From NCBI GenBank assembly GCA_049974095.1, contig JBMFJD010000010.1, forward strand, positions 1,590 through 33,589: a stretch of 32,000 bases of DNA, given 5' to 3'. The notes beneath the pieces were generated by a model. That model saw only the letters and a list, made by a program, of their open reading frames with translations. It was not told the DNA's origin and ran no database searches. Shown here in pieces: positions 1 to 9,966 of the stretch. This DNA comes from Nanopusillaceae archaeon. GTDB taxonomy: Archaea > Nanobdellota > Nanobdellia > Nanobdellales > Nanobdellaceae. The translations under genes were made by a program, and so were the position numbers. Each line of letters begins with the position of its first letter. The first letter of the stretch is position 1.

Positions 1-78
1 AATACTTGTATATCGCTAATATACATAAAATTTAAAATTAAAAGATAGTTCTATAAAATTTCCAATAAAAATATTTTA

Positions 79-1281
79 ATGCTAATTGGATTAACAGGTA
101 AGCCAAATGTTGGAAAATCAACGATGTTTAAGGCAATAACATTACAAGATGTTGCAATAGCAAATTATCCATTTACTACAATTGAACCAAATAAAGGAGT
201 TGGATATGTAAGGGTAGAAGATGTTGGACCAGAATTTGGAGTTCAATCTAATCCAAGGTATGGATATATTAAAGGAAAATATAGATTTGTACCGATTGAA
301 ATAATTGATATTGCAGGATTGGTACCCGGAGCACATGAAGGGAGAGGTTTGGGAAATAAATTCTTAGATGATGTAAGACAAGCAGATGCATTAATTCATG
401 TAGTAGATATTTCTGGATCTACAAATGAAGAAGGACAATATACAGGACCTGGAAATTATGATCCGATAAATGATATACAATGGTATGAAGATGAAATCAA
501 TTGGTGGTTTTTTAATATAATAAAGAAAAATCTGGAAAAAAATATAAATAAGATAAAGTTACAACATTTAGAATTGGATAAAGAATTAGCAAAATTAATT
601 TCTGGATTAAATGTAAAACAATATCATATAGAAAAAGCATTTAGAGAATTAAATATTTCTAATGAAGATTATGATATAATAAATGATGATAAGAAATTAT
701 TTGAATTATCATCAAAAATAAGAAAAATATCAAAACCAATCGTTATTGCAGCTAATAGAGTTGATATAAATATTGATATTGCAAAGAAAAATTTGGAAAG
801 ATTAAAAGAAAAATTTCCTGATAAAATTATTATTCCAACATCAGGTTATGCAGAATTAATATTAAAAGAATTGGATAGACAAGGAAAAATATATTATATA
901 CCTGGGGAAGGAAGTTTTGAAATAAAAGGAGAATTAAATGAAAAAGAAAAGAAAGCATTAGAATTTATTGAAAATAATATATTTAAAGAATTTAAAACAA
1001 CAGGAGTTCAAAATTTATTAGATATTACAGTATTTGATGTATTAAAATATGTTGCAGTATTTCCTGGAGGTATTGATTCTTTAGCAGATAAAGAAGGAAG
1101 AATATTACCTGATTGTTTTCTATTACCTCCAGAAAGTACAGTAATTGATTTTGCAGCAAAAATACATACAGATCTTGCAAAAAATTTTGTAAAGGCAATT
1201 GATGTTAGAACAAAGAAATTCTTAGGAAGAGATTATGTATTAAAACATAGAGATATAATACAAATAATTGCAAATGCATAA
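79..1281 (+). CDS. Obg/YchF-family (Ygr210/DRG-like) GTPase with TGS-like C-terminus
   Basis: 400-aa ORF. N-terminal P-loop GLTGKPNVGKST, G2-like YPFTTIEPN and G3 DIAGLVPGA. The long helical insert and C-terminal region are typical of archaeal YchF/Ygr210 GTPases. Confidence 0.8.
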   Translation: MLIGLTGKPNVGKSTMFKAITLQDVAIANYPFTTIEPNKGVGYVRVEDVGPEFGVQSNPRYGYIKGKYRFVPIEIIDIAGLVPGAHEGRGLGNKFLDDVRQADALIHVVDISGSTNEEGQYTGPGNYDPINDIQWYEDEINWWFFNIIKKNLEKNINKIKLQHLELDKELAKLISGLNVKQYHIEKAFRELNISNEDYDIINDDKKLFELSSKIRKISKPIVIAANRVDINIDIAKKNLERLKEKFPDKIIIPTSGYAELILKELDRQGKIYYIPGEGSFEIKGELNEKEKKALEFIENNIFKEFKTTGVQNLLDITVFDVLKYVAVFPGGIDSLADKEGRILPDCFLLPPESTVIDFAAKIHTDLAKNFVKAIDVRTKKFLGRDYVLKHRDIIQIIANA

Positions 1282-1312
1282 TTTATAAAAATAATTTATA
1301 AATATCATTAGA

Positions 1313-1510
1313 ATGATCGTACCAATTAGATGCTTTACATGTGGAAAACCAATTGGTCATTTATGGGAAAAATATATAGAATTATTAAATCAAGGTAAGT
1401 CACAAAAAGAAGCATTAGATGAATTAGGATTAGAGAGAGCATGTTGTAGGCAAGTATTTTTGGGACATGCACAACAAATAGAAATTATAGCCAAATTAAA
1501 GAAGTTTTAA
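1313..1510 (+). CDS. rpoN: DNA-directed RNA polymerase subunit N (Rpb10 homolog)
   Basis: 65 aa. MIVPIRCFTCGKPIG...ERACCRQ carries the CxxC...CC zinc motif and has the length characteristic of RpoN/Rpb10. Confidence 0.9.
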   Translation: MIVPIRCFTCGKPIGHLWEKYIELLNQGKSQKEALDELGLERACCRQVFLGHAQQIEIIAKLKKF

Positions 1511-1897
1511 TTTTTTAATTATTTTTCTTAAACTTAGAGAAAATAGAAAAATACCCCAGAATAATATTAGTGGATTTGGAAATATTCCATAATTTGATGC
1601 AACATTTCTTACTGCAATATCAATTATATTATTTTGATATAATGTAAATCCGGAATATAAAATTAAGATTGATAAAACAAAAGAAATTATATATCCATAT
1701 AAATTATCTTTATTTATTAAATGTAAAGAAATAATGGAAAAAATAAGAATAATTGATAAAAATATTTCAGCTTCTAAATTTATATATTCTGGAAATATTG
1801 ATGGATAAAAAATAAAAGAAGCTAAATCTAATGATGTTTCTAAAGAAAATAATAATAATAAAATATAAACAGATTCCTTTGTTATATCAATATCCAT
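1496..1897 (-). CDS. small multi-pass membrane protein, unknown function
   Basis: 133-aa ORF made of about 4 hydrophobic segments. Its 3' end overlaps rpoN convergently by 15 nt. No recognisable motif. Confidence 0.45.
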   Translation of the reverse strand: MDIDITKESVYILLLLFSLETSLDLASFIFYPSIFPEYINLEAEIFLSIILIFSIISLHLINKDNLYGYIISFVLSILILYSGFTLYQNNIIDIAVRNVASNYGIFPNPLILFWGIFLFSLSLRKIIKKLKLL

Positions 1898-1927
1898 TTC
1901 TTTTATTTTTCAATAAATTTTTTAAAT

Positions 1928-2848
1928 TTAATTTAAATTTAATTGAATTTTTATTTCACAGGCTCTACATATATCTCTTGTAGTAGGATAACCACAAATT
2001 TTACATTTCTTTAATTTTACCTTATTTTTCATTTTATATTCTTCCTTTGCCTTTAATAAAATTGGTAAGAAATTATTAATAAAATTCTCATGGAATTTAT
2101 TATATTTATTTTCTACTTCATATAATTTTGCCCTAACAATATCCCTAAATTGTCCTCTAATAAATGGACATTCTCCATATGGTGGTTCCAAATTATTTAT
2201 AACAGAATATAATAAATTTTCCTTTTCCCTATTAAAATAAAATGGTTTTATTCTAGGAATAAAATCTTCCTCAATTATTCCAACAAAAGGTCCTTCTTTT
2301 AATAAATCTTTTAAATTTCCTTCAAAGAAATTCATTAAAATTGTTTGTACTTCATCATTTATATTATGTGCAGTTGCAAATTTATCTAAATTTAAATCCT
2401 TTGCAGCTTTCCACATTAACCATCTTCTCCATACTCCACAAATTGTACATGCTCTATATTTTTTTGTTATTTTTACAGCATTATCTAATCTTATTTTAAA
2501 ATAATCAGTAAATTTATATATTTTAATATTCCAATTATATTTTTGAGCTAATTCTAATAATTTTTTTGTATCTTTATCTCTATATCCTGCAATTCCTTCA
2601 TCAATATGTATTCCATATACTTCTATATTAAAATAATCCTTGTATTTATTTAGAAAATATAACAATGCATTTGAATCTTTTCCTCCAGATACTCCAACTC
2701 CAATTCTTTCTCCAGGTTTAATTAATTTAAATCTTTCAATTGTATTAATTGCTTTTTCTTCAAAATATTTTATAAAATGTTCTTTACAATAATAATTTCC
2801 ATCACTATCCTTATATATTGCATTATTATTACAAAAAGAGCATTTCAT
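1928..2848 (-). CDS. TtuA/Ncs6-type PP-loop tRNA 2-thiolation enzyme
   Basis: 306 aa. N-terminal CxxC...CxxH finger (CSFC...CKEH), PP-loop SGGKDS, central CTIC plus GECPF cysteines (Fe-S ligands), and a C-terminal CKIC...CRAC finger. Confidence 0.75.
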   Translation of the reverse strand: MKCSFCNNNAIYKDSDGNYYCKEHFIKYFEEKAINTIERFKLIKPGERIGVGVSGGKDSNALLYFLNKYKDYFNIEVYGIHIDEGIAGYRDKDTKKLLELAQKYNWNIKIYKFTDYFKIRLDNAVKITKKYRACTICGVWRRWLMWKAAKDLNLDKFATAHNINDEVQTILMNFFEGNLKDLLKEGPFVGIIEEDFIPRIKPFYFNREKENLLYSVINNLEPPYGECPFIRGQFRDIVRAKLYEVENKYNKFHENFINNFLPILLKAKEEYKMKNKVKLKKCKICGYPTTRDICRACEIKIQLNLN

Positions 2849-3861
2849 TTATTTATTTCTCTTATAAAGTAATCTCTTATTGCAGGTACAACATCATAAA
2901 TAAATTTACTCTTAACCTTTGTTCTTACTAATAGTTTTGCTTCAACCATTCTTTTTAATATATTAGACAATGAATGTATTGTTGTATCAGAATATCTCTC
3001 TTTAAATAACTTTAATAATTCATTAACTCCTTTTGGTCCATATTTTGTTAATAATTCAATAATGTATCTTTGTTTTTCAGTTAATTTTAATATATCTGTA
3101 GGTGGTTTTTTATTTTCATATATTTTTTCAATTATTTCTCTATCAATTATATTTTTTCTTTCTCTATATGCAATTAATAATGATTCATATGAATATTTTA
3201 ATATTTCTCTTGGTAATCCTCCAGATAAATGATATATTTCTTCAATTGCATCATCTGTAAATAAACCAGGATTTCCTGCTAATTCTAATCTTTTCTTAAT
3301 TAATAATTTTCCACTTTCAGGATCTAAAGATTTTAAATATATTTTTGTTAGAATTCTTTCATATAATGTTCTATGTTCTTTTATTAATTTTTCTTCAAAT
3401 TCTGGTAATCCTGCTAAAATAAATGTACATTTTGTTTGATCAGATAATATTTTTATCCATTCAATTATATCATTATTAAAAAATGTTGCTTCATCAATAA
3501 AAATTATCATTTCTTTTTTATTTAGATAATCTAATAGATTAAATTGTTTAAATTTATATATTATTTTTTCAAAAAAAGAAAATCCAGCCTTTATATATTT
3601 TTCTAATTCTTCTTTTTCATTAAAAGGTCTATAAATATATATTTTATTCTTTTTATCTAAATTATTAAATGTCCATAATAATAATGTAGTTTTTCCAGCA
3701 CCTGTAGGGCCAGAAACTAATATTATCTTTTCTTTATTATTTATTGCATTAATTAATTTTTCTCTTTCTAAATTATATCCTACAAATGTTTCTAAAATTA
3801 CTTCTAATTTAAATGGGTTATTTTTTAGATTAAAGAATTTTAACATTTCTTCATTATTCAT
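2845..3861 (-). CDS. ExeA/AAA_22-like AAA ATPase with C-terminal winged-helix domain
   Basis: 338 aa. N-terminal FFNLKNNPF (ExeA-like FGL..PF motif), Walker A GPTGAGKT, Walker B IIFIDEA, and a C-terminal helix-turn-helix-like region. A 4-nt overlap couples it to the downstream thiolase gene. Confidence 0.6.
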   Translation of the reverse strand: MNNEEMLKFFNLKNNPFKLEVILETFVGYNLEREKLINAINNKEKIILVSGPTGAGKTTLLLWTFNNLDKKNKIYIYRPFNEKEELEKYIKAGFSFFEKIIYKFKQFNLLDYLNKKEMIIFIDEATFFNNDIIEWIKILSDQTKCTFILAGLPEFEEKLIKEHRTLYERILTKIYLKSLDPESGKLLIKKRLELAGNPGLFTDDAIEEIYHLSGGLPREILKYSYESLLIAYRERKNIIDREIIEKIYENKKPPTDILKLTEKQRYIIELLTKYGPKGVNELLKLFKERYSDTTIHSLSNILKRMVEAKLLVRTKVKSKFIYDVVPAIRDYFIREINK

Positions 3862-4180
3862 CTTAATTTAATCATTGTAAAAAATATTATTAAATATTTT
3901 TAAATAAAAAAATTCTCTTAATATAAATAAATAAAACAATTTAAAATTTAAATGGATATTGCTATTATATATAAAAAGACATATAAAGATTTTTTATGAA
4001 AAGAAAAGATAAATTAAAAGATATTAAATGAAGAAAAGAAAAATTATGTGAAATGTTGAAATGATATAAAGGTTTTTATATAGATTTTTAATTAAGATAT
4101 AAATAAAATATACTCAAACTAATAGCTAAATAGTTTAAGATAAATTAATAAAATTTCTTAGAATAAAATATTTTATAAAT

Positions 4181-4253
4181 AGCCCCGTCGTCTAGTGGTC
4201 TAGGATGCAGGGTTTTGGTCCCTGTGACCGGGGTTCGAATCCCCGCGGGGCTA
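4181..4253 (+). tRNA. tRNA-Gln (anticodon UUG), no intron, CCA not encoded
   Basis: Hand-folded cloverleaf. Acceptor AGCCCCG/CGGGGCT, anticodon stem CAGGG/CCCTG, loop TTTTGGT, T-arm CGGGG-TTCGAAT-CCCCG, discriminator A. It forms a GC-rich island in an AT-rich spacer. Confidence 0.9.
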
Positions 4254-4285
4254 GTTTTATAAATAATCAAAATTTATATTTTGAT

Positions 4286-4906
4286 ATGATCGAATCATTA
4301 TCTTTAATTTTATCTCAAATATTCTCTTATGATTCATTAAAATTACTAGTAATTTTTGTTGTGATAATTATTATAGGATACTTTATTGGTAAATTGGTGG
4401 CATTTATATTAAAAATAATTCTAAATAAAATTTTGGGATTAGATAATTGGTTACATGAAAAAGGAGTATTACAAAATATCTCTCTTACACAAATTTTAAT
4501 CAATATAATTAAATTCTTTATATATTTTTACTTTTTTGGTTATGCATTTTATATAATTCCATATTTATCATTCATAGGAAAAATAATATTCCAGATTTTG
4601 AATTATCTATTATTAATAATTTTGTTAATGATTTTATCATTTGCAATGATGGAAATATTAATAAAATCTTCATTAGAACCTTTATTAGATAATTTAAAAT
4701 ATAAAGAATATTTATTAGCATTTATTAAATTTATTGTTTTGTTCTTTGTATTAATTTTAATACTAAGTTATCTTAATTTATTATCTCCAGTACTATTATA
4801 TCTTTTTGTTATATTATTTGTAGGAATTGTAATATCAATATCAATAGCAGTTGGGGTAGCATTAAGTGAAATATTAAAGAAGAAATTTAGAGAAATATTC
4901 AAATGA
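4286..4906 (+). CDS. multi-pass membrane protein, unknown function
   Basis: The track ORF 4205-4906 starts inside the tRNA. The first plausible start is ATG 4286 (MIESLSL...). The protein is highly hydrophobic with repeated long helices followed by basic stretches. Confidence 0.55.
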   Translation: MIESLSLILSQIFSYDSLKLLVIFVVIIIIGYFIGKLVAFILKIILNKILGLDNWLHEKGVLQNISLTQILINIIKFFIYFYFFGYAFYIIPYLSFIGKIIFQILNYLLLIILLMILSFAMMEILIKSSLEPLLDNLKYKEYLLAFIKFIVLFFVLILILSYLNLLSPVLLYLFVILFVGIVISISIAVGVALSEILKKKFREIFK

Positions 4907-6069
4907 ACTATAAGGAAAAGATAATATTAATAGCAAATAACTTATTTGGAAGTTTCTTAAATAGTTTATATTTTATTTATCCATCATATTTTAATTTTCC
5001 TTCATCAATATATTTTTCTTTAGTTGCAATATCTTATATTTCTTCCCTAATTAGTTCTGTATTTTTTGGAAATTTGAAAATAAATGAAAAAAATTATTTA
5101 ACTATTTCAATGATTGGGGTAATTGGTCCTTTTTTATCAATATTTTTCCTATTAATTCCAAATCCAATTTTATTTATTCTTTCATATTTCTTATTTAATT
5201 TTACATATTATTCAACATACTTTTCCTTTTTATTATATTATAAAGATGTTCAATTGAATTTTTACTTTAATATTTATTGGACTTTTGGATCAATAATTCT
5301 CCAATTTTCTTCATTAATTTTATCAATTTTTTATAATCTATATTTAGTTGCAATATTATTTTTAATTTCAATTATTATTATTCTTTCAAGGAATATTTAT
5401 CTATTTTTATTTACAGAAAAATATGAAATAAATTTACTAGAAAAGATAGATAAATTATTTTCTATAGCAGAAGGTAATATTGAAAAATTTGGATCTTTAC
5501 ATCCATTTTATGAAGGATTAATATTTCCAATAAATATAAAGAAAATAAAGATAGGATTTTTAGAATTATATAATTTATTTGTTTTAATAGGTTTTTCATT
5601 GATTTGGTCTTCATTAGTATATTCAGTTAATTTATTCTCTTTATCATTTATTTATCCATCCTTATTATTTATTAATGGTATTTATTCATCAATTTTATAT
5701 AGAATATATAAAAGAAGTATTAGTTTCAAGAATATAAAAATTGGAATAATATCTAGGTTATTAATGGGAATTGTTTTATTTATTATAATGATTTTGTTAT
5801 TATCAAATAAAACAATAAGTGCTATAATATTAACATTATTATTTATTTTAGCAGCATTTTCATGGACAATGTTTCAATATTTCTTTGATAATTATATAAT
5901 AAATTATTATCCACAAAAGTTTGGAAATATATATTTCTTTAGAAATATAGGAGGAGCAATTGGTTCTTTATTATTATATATTATTTCATTACAATATGGA
6001 TTAATTATTTCATTTTTAATTTTAAGTATTTCAATTTTCTTCTTAAATTATACTTTAAAGGTTAAATAG
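4903..6069 (+). CDS. polytopic membrane protein (possibly transporter-like), unknown function
   Basis: 388 aa with about 10-12 hydrophobic segments. It has an ATGA overlap with the upstream membrane-protein gene. No diagnostic motif recognised. Confidence 0.5.
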   Translation: MNYKEKIILIANNLFGSFLNSLYFIYPSYFNFPSSIYFSLVAISYISSLISSVFFGNLKINEKNYLTISMIGVIGPFLSIFFLLIPNPILFILSYFLFNFTYYSTYFSFLLYYKDVQLNFYFNIYWTFGSIILQFSSLILSIFYNLYLVAILFLISIIIILSRNIYLFLFTEKYEINLLEKIDKLFSIAEGNIEKFGSLHPFYEGLIFPINIKKIKIGFLELYNLFVLIGFSLIWSSLVYSVNLFSLSFIYPSLLFINGIYSSILYRIYKRSISFKNIKIGIISRLLMGIVLFIIMILLLSNKTISAIILTLLFILAAFSWTMFQYFFDNYIINYYPQKFGNIYFFRNIGGAIGSLLLYIISLQYGLIISFLILSISIFFLNYTLKVK

Positions 6070-6081
6070 GAAATATTTTAT

Positions 6082-7524
6082 ATGGAAATAAAATTAAGAA
6101 AAATATCTGAAAATATATATGAAATACCAAAAGAAGATAATATGAATGTACCAGTAAGGATTTATGCTAGTGATAATTTAATAGAAAAAATGAAACAAGA
6201 TAAAACATTAATACAAGGAAGAAATGTAGCAACATTACCTGGAATACAAAAATATGCAGTTATAATGCCTGATGGACATGAAGGTTATGGATTTCCTGTA
6301 GGTGGTGTTGCAGCATTTGATATAAATGAAGGAATAATTTCTCCTGGTGGAATAGGATATGATATAAATTGTGGAGTTAGATTATTAAGAACAAATTTAA
6401 AATATGAAGAAATTAAACCGAAGTTAAAGCAAATAGTTGATGAAATATTTAGAAATGTTCCTGCTGGTGTTGGAGAAACAGGAAAAATTTTATTATCACC
6501 TGGACAATTTAGAGAAGCTGTAGAGGAAGGATTGGATTGGAGTTATAGAGAAGGATATGCATGGAAAGAAGATTTAAATCATGTAGAATCTTATGGAAGA
6601 TTAAAGGATGCATCAATTGAATATGTATCAGATTTGGCAATAAGAAGAGGAATTGATCAATTGGGAACATTAGGATCTGGAAATCATTTTTTGGAAATAC
6701 AAGTAGTAGATAAAATATTTGATCCTGAAATTGCAAAAATAATGGGAATTGAGGAAGAAGGACAAGTTACAATATTAATACATACAGGATCTAGAGGATT
6801 TGGTCATCAAATAGCATCAGATTATATTGATTTAGGAATGAAAAAATATAGGGATATAATAAATAAGTTACCAGATAGAGAATTAGTATATTTACCATTT
6901 CAATCTGAAGATGGACAAAGATACTGGAAATCTATGAGTGCTGCAGCAAATTTTGCATGGAATAATAGACAAATAATAACATATTGGGTAAGAAAGTCAT
7001 TTGAAAAAGTATATAATCATCCTGCAGAAGATATTGGATTAAATGTTATATATGATGTTGCGCATAATATTGCAAAAATTGAGGAACATAAAATAGATGG
7101 AAAAAAGAAAAAAGTAATTGTACATAGAAAAGGTGCTACAAGAGCATTTCCTTCAGGATCTGAAGAATTGGTAGAAGAATATAGAAAAATAGGACAACCT
7201 GTATTAATTCCAGGTTCTATGGGTACTGCATCATATGTTTTATTAGGATTGGATGGATCAATGGAATTATCATTTGGATCTTCAGCACATGGAGCTGGAA
7301 GAAATTTATCTAGAGCTGCTGCTAGAAGACAATTTAATTATGGTAATATAATAAGAAATTTAGAAGAAAAAGGAATATTGGTAAAATCTACAACAAAAGA
7401 AGGAGTAGTTGAAGAAGTACCAGAAGCATATAAAAATGTTGATGAAGTTGCAAAAGTAACACAAGATCTTGGTATTTCAAAAATAATTGTAAGATTAAGA
7501 CCAATTGCTGTAATAAAAGGATAG
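6082..7524 (+). CDS. rtcB: RNA-splicing ligase RtcB
   Basis: 480 aa with RtcB signatures: GIGYDINCGVR, GSGNHFLE, HTGSRGFGHQ, HRKGATRA, PGSMGTASY, SAHGAGR. Confidence 0.95.
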   Translation: MEIKLRKISENIYEIPKEDNMNVPVRIYASDNLIEKMKQDKTLIQGRNVATLPGIQKYAVIMPDGHEGYGFPVGGVAAFDINEGIISPGGIGYDINCGVRLLRTNLKYEEIKPKLKQIVDEIFRNVPAGVGETGKILLSPGQFREAVEEGLDWSYREGYAWKEDLNHVESYGRLKDASIEYVSDLAIRRGIDQLGTLGSGNHFLEIQVVDKIFDPEIAKIMGIEEEGQVTILIHTGSRGFGHQIASDYIDLGMKKYRDIINKLPDRELVYLPFQSEDGQRYWKSMSAAANFAWNNRQIITYWVRKSFEKVYNHPAEDIGLNVIYDVAHNIAKIEEHKIDGKKKKVIVHRKGATRAFPSGSEELVEEYRKIGQPVLIPGSMGTASYVLLGLDGSMELSFGSSAHGAGRNLSRAAARRQFNYGNIIRNLEEKGILVKSTTKEGVVEEVPEAYKNVDEVAKVTQDLGISKIIVRLRPIAVIKG

Positions 7525-7554
7525 GTTTTAATTTATAAAATATAATTATTTTTT

Positions 7555-9966
7555 ATGAAAGTATTTGTTATAGATTTTGATCATGATAAAGAAAAAGTAT
7601 ATATTTATGGAAGAGATGAAAATGGAAAAAAGGTAAGAATTGAATATGATCAACCATATTATGTATATTTAATATTAAAAGATGAAAAATATTTAAATGA
7701 AATAGAAAATAAATTAAAAGAAGAAAAATATGTAAAGAAATATGAAATTGAAAAAAAGAATTTTATTGGAAAAGAATATACTGTAATTAAAGTATATTTA
7801 AACCAGGATGATTATGATAAAATAAAACAATTTGCAGATAAATTAAAAGAAGAAGGTAAATTAGTTGGAAAAAAAGAAGGAGATATACTAATTATTAAAA
7901 AATTCCAGATAGATAATAATATATATCCATTAGATTGGTATGATTTAGATTTAGAATTAATAAAAAAAGGAGATATTGACTATTATAAATTTAAAAAAAA
8001 TAATGGAAAAGTTGATGGAAAATATAATTTAAAAGTTGTTGCAATAGATATTGAAACTGTATCTGAACAAGCAATTCCTTCTCCAGATAAAGTACCAATT
8101 TATTTAGTTTCAATATATGATGGAAAAAATTATTATTCAATATATTGGAGTGGAAATGCAGAAATTGGGATAAAAGTAAATAATGAATTAGAATTATTAA
8201 AAAAGTTTAATGATATAATAAAAGAAATAGATCCAGATGTAATTGTAGGATATAATTCAAATAATTTTGATTTTTATTTCTTATATGAAAGAGCAAAAAA
8301 ATTAGGATTTAATTTTAATTTTGGATGGGATGGAAAAGGAATTATATATACAAAGAAAAGAGAAGAAGATAAAAAATATAAAATTACTGGAATACAACAT
8401 GTAGATTTATATGATATTGTATCAATATTATTTGCTCCTCAATTAAATTCAGAAACTTATTCATTAGATGAAGTTGCAAAAGAAATATTGGGAGAAGGAA
8501 AAATGGATATGGATATTAATAAAATGACAGATATAATTTATAATACAAAAGATTTTAATTATTTAATAAAATATAATCAAAAAGATGTTGATTTAACTTT
8601 TAGATTATATAAATATTTTGAAAATATTTTAATTGAAATTTCAAGATTGGTTGGAATAACATTATATGAATTATCTGGAAGTACATATGGAATATTAGTA
8701 GAAAATTATTTAATTAAAAAGGCAAGGGAATTTAATGAAATAATACCAAATAGACCAAAACCTGAAGAAGTTGAAGAAAGGAGAAAAATAACATATGCTG
8801 GAGCAATTGTATTAGAACCAAAACCTGGATTATATAAAAATATTGCAGTATATGATTTTAGGTCTCTATATCCATCAATAATTATTAGATATAATATTTC
8901 TCCAGATACATTAAAATGTGAACATGAAGAATGTAAAAAGGATAAAATAATTGCTGAAACAAGTTTAGGAAAAATTGAAGTATGGTTTTGTAAAAAGAAA
9001 AAAGGATTTATTTCTACAATATTAGAAAAAATATTTGAAGAAAGAGCTGAAATAAAGAAAAAAATGAAAAATATGGATAAAAATAGTGAAGAATATAAAA
9101 TACTAGATAGTAGGCAAATTGCATTAAAATATATAATTAATTCTACATATGGATATTTAGGATTTCCAAATTCTAGATGGTATTGTTTGGAATGTGCATC
9201 GTCAGTTACTGCTTTAGGAAGGAAACATATAACAGAAGTAAAAGAATTTATTGAAAAGAAAGGATATAAAGTATTATATGGAGATACAGATTCAATTTTT
9301 GTAATTGTAAATAATAAAGAAGATGCATTGAAATTATTAGAAGAAATAAATTCTATTTTACCAAAACCATTAGAAATGGAATTTGAAGATTATTATATAT
9401 CTGGAATCTTTGTTGAAAAAAGATCTGGAGAAGGAGGTGCTAGAAAGAAATATGCGTTATTATCTGAAGATGAAAGTATAAAATTGAGAGGATTTGAAGT
9501 TGTAAGAAGAGATTGGTCAGATATTGCTGGAGAAGTACAGGAAAATGTAATAAGATTAGCATTAGAAGGAAAAATAAATGAAATAAACCAATATCTTTCT
9601 GATGTAATAAATAAAATAAAGAATCATGTATATCCAAAAGAAAAATTTATTTTAAGGGAACAATTAAGGAAAGAATTATCTGAATATGAAGTAACAGCTC
9701 CTCATGTAATTGCTGCAAAGAAATATAAAGAAAGAGGATATAATGTTGGAAAAGGATTTATTGTAGAATATATTATTGTAAGAGGAGGAGAAAAGATATC
9801 TGATAAAGTAAGATTAGTGGATGAAGTAAAAGATAATGAATATGATCCAGATTATTATATAAATAAACAAATAATACCTGCAGTAGAATCTATATTAAGG
9901 GCATTAAATATACATATAGAAAATATTGGAAAGGTACAAAAAAATATTTTATCATTCTTTAAATAA
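7555..9966 (+). CDS. polB: family B DNA polymerase (contiguous, intein-free)
   Basis: 803 aa. Exo I VAIDIET, Exo II GYNSNNFDFYFL, Exo III YNQKDVDL, Pol A DFRSLYPSII, Pol B KILDSRQIALKYIINSTYGYLG, Pol C YGDTDS. Confidence 0.95.
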   Translation: MKVFVIDFDHDKEKVYIYGRDENGKKVRIEYDQPYYVYLILKDEKYLNEIENKLKEEKYVKKYEIEKKNFIGKEYTVIKVYLNQDDYDKIKQFADKLKEEGKLVGKKEGDILIIKKFQIDNNIYPLDWYDLDLELIKKGDIDYYKFKKNNGKVDGKYNLKVVAIDIETVSEQAIPSPDKVPIYLVSIYDGKNYYSIYWSGNAEIGIKVNNELELLKKFNDIIKEIDPDVIVGYNSNNFDFYFLYERAKKLGFNFNFGWDGKGIIYTKKREEDKKYKITGIQHVDLYDIVSILFAPQLNSETYSLDEVAKEILGEGKMDMDINKMTDIIYNTKDFNYLIKYNQKDVDLTFRLYKYFENILIEISRLVGITLYELSGSTYGILVENYLIKKAREFNEIIPNRPKPEEVEERRKITYAGAIVLEPKPGLYKNIAVYDFRSLYPSIIIRYNISPDTLKCEHEECKKDKIIAETSLGKIEVWFCKKKKGFISTILEKIFEERAEIKKKMKNMDKNSEEYKILDSRQIALKYIINSTYGYLGFPNSRWYCLECASSVTALGRKHITEVKEFIEKKGYKVLYGDTDSIFVIVNNKEDALKLLEEINSILPKPLEMEFEDYYISGIFVEKRSGEGGARKKYALLSEDESIKLRGFEVVRRDWSDIAGEVQENVIRLALEGKINEINQYLSDVINKIKNHVYPKEKFILREQLRKELSEYEVTAPHVIAAKKYKERGYNVGKGFIVEYIIVRGGEKISDKVRLVDEVKDNEYDPDYYINKQIIPAVESILRALNIHIENIGKVQKNILSFFK

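Noticed and set aside
142-336. Short antisense or alternate-frame ORFs nested in confident genes: 142-336(-), 6509-6736(-), 9440-9637(-), 12954-13187(-), 14494-14736(-), 15059-15241(+), 15977-16159(-), 17290-17475(-)
   Set aside because: All lie entirely inside longer ORFs that have clear family motifs or a coherent operon context. Their products are low-complexity F/L/I/Y-rich strings, as expected from reading AT-rich coding DNA out of frame.
683-720. Other RUGAUGA-like strings inside genes as additional C/D box sRNAs (e.g. near 683, 2350, 21443, 23055, 24705, 27055, 29065)
   Set aside because: None has a CUGA box at the required distance of about 12 nt, nor a second C'/D' pair. All lie within coding sequence.
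3862-4180. Calling the 319-bp spacer a replication origin
   Set aside because: I could find no ORB/mini-ORB-like inverted repeats or G-strings, and the adjacent ATPase looks more ExeA-like than Orc1/Cdc6. It is kept only as a low-interest hypothesis.
4181-4253. tRNA genes as integration sites of a genomic island (surface-protein genes lie next to tRNA-Glu)
   Set aside because: There is no integrase and no duplicated tRNA 3' segment (att-like direct repeat) anywhere in the window. The composition shift of the surface genes is explained by their amino-acid bias (few K/E codons).
4205-4285. N-terminal extension of track ORF 4205-4906 (MQGFGPCDRGSNPRGAS...)
   Set aside because: These codons are simply the tRNA-Gln sequence (4181-4253) read as protein, and their G/P/R-rich composition is unlike the rest of the ORF. 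The start was moved to ATG 4286.
7555-9966. Intein or split in polB
   Set aside because: The motif order and spacing are continuous in an 803-aa protein. There are no intein blocks and no extra length.
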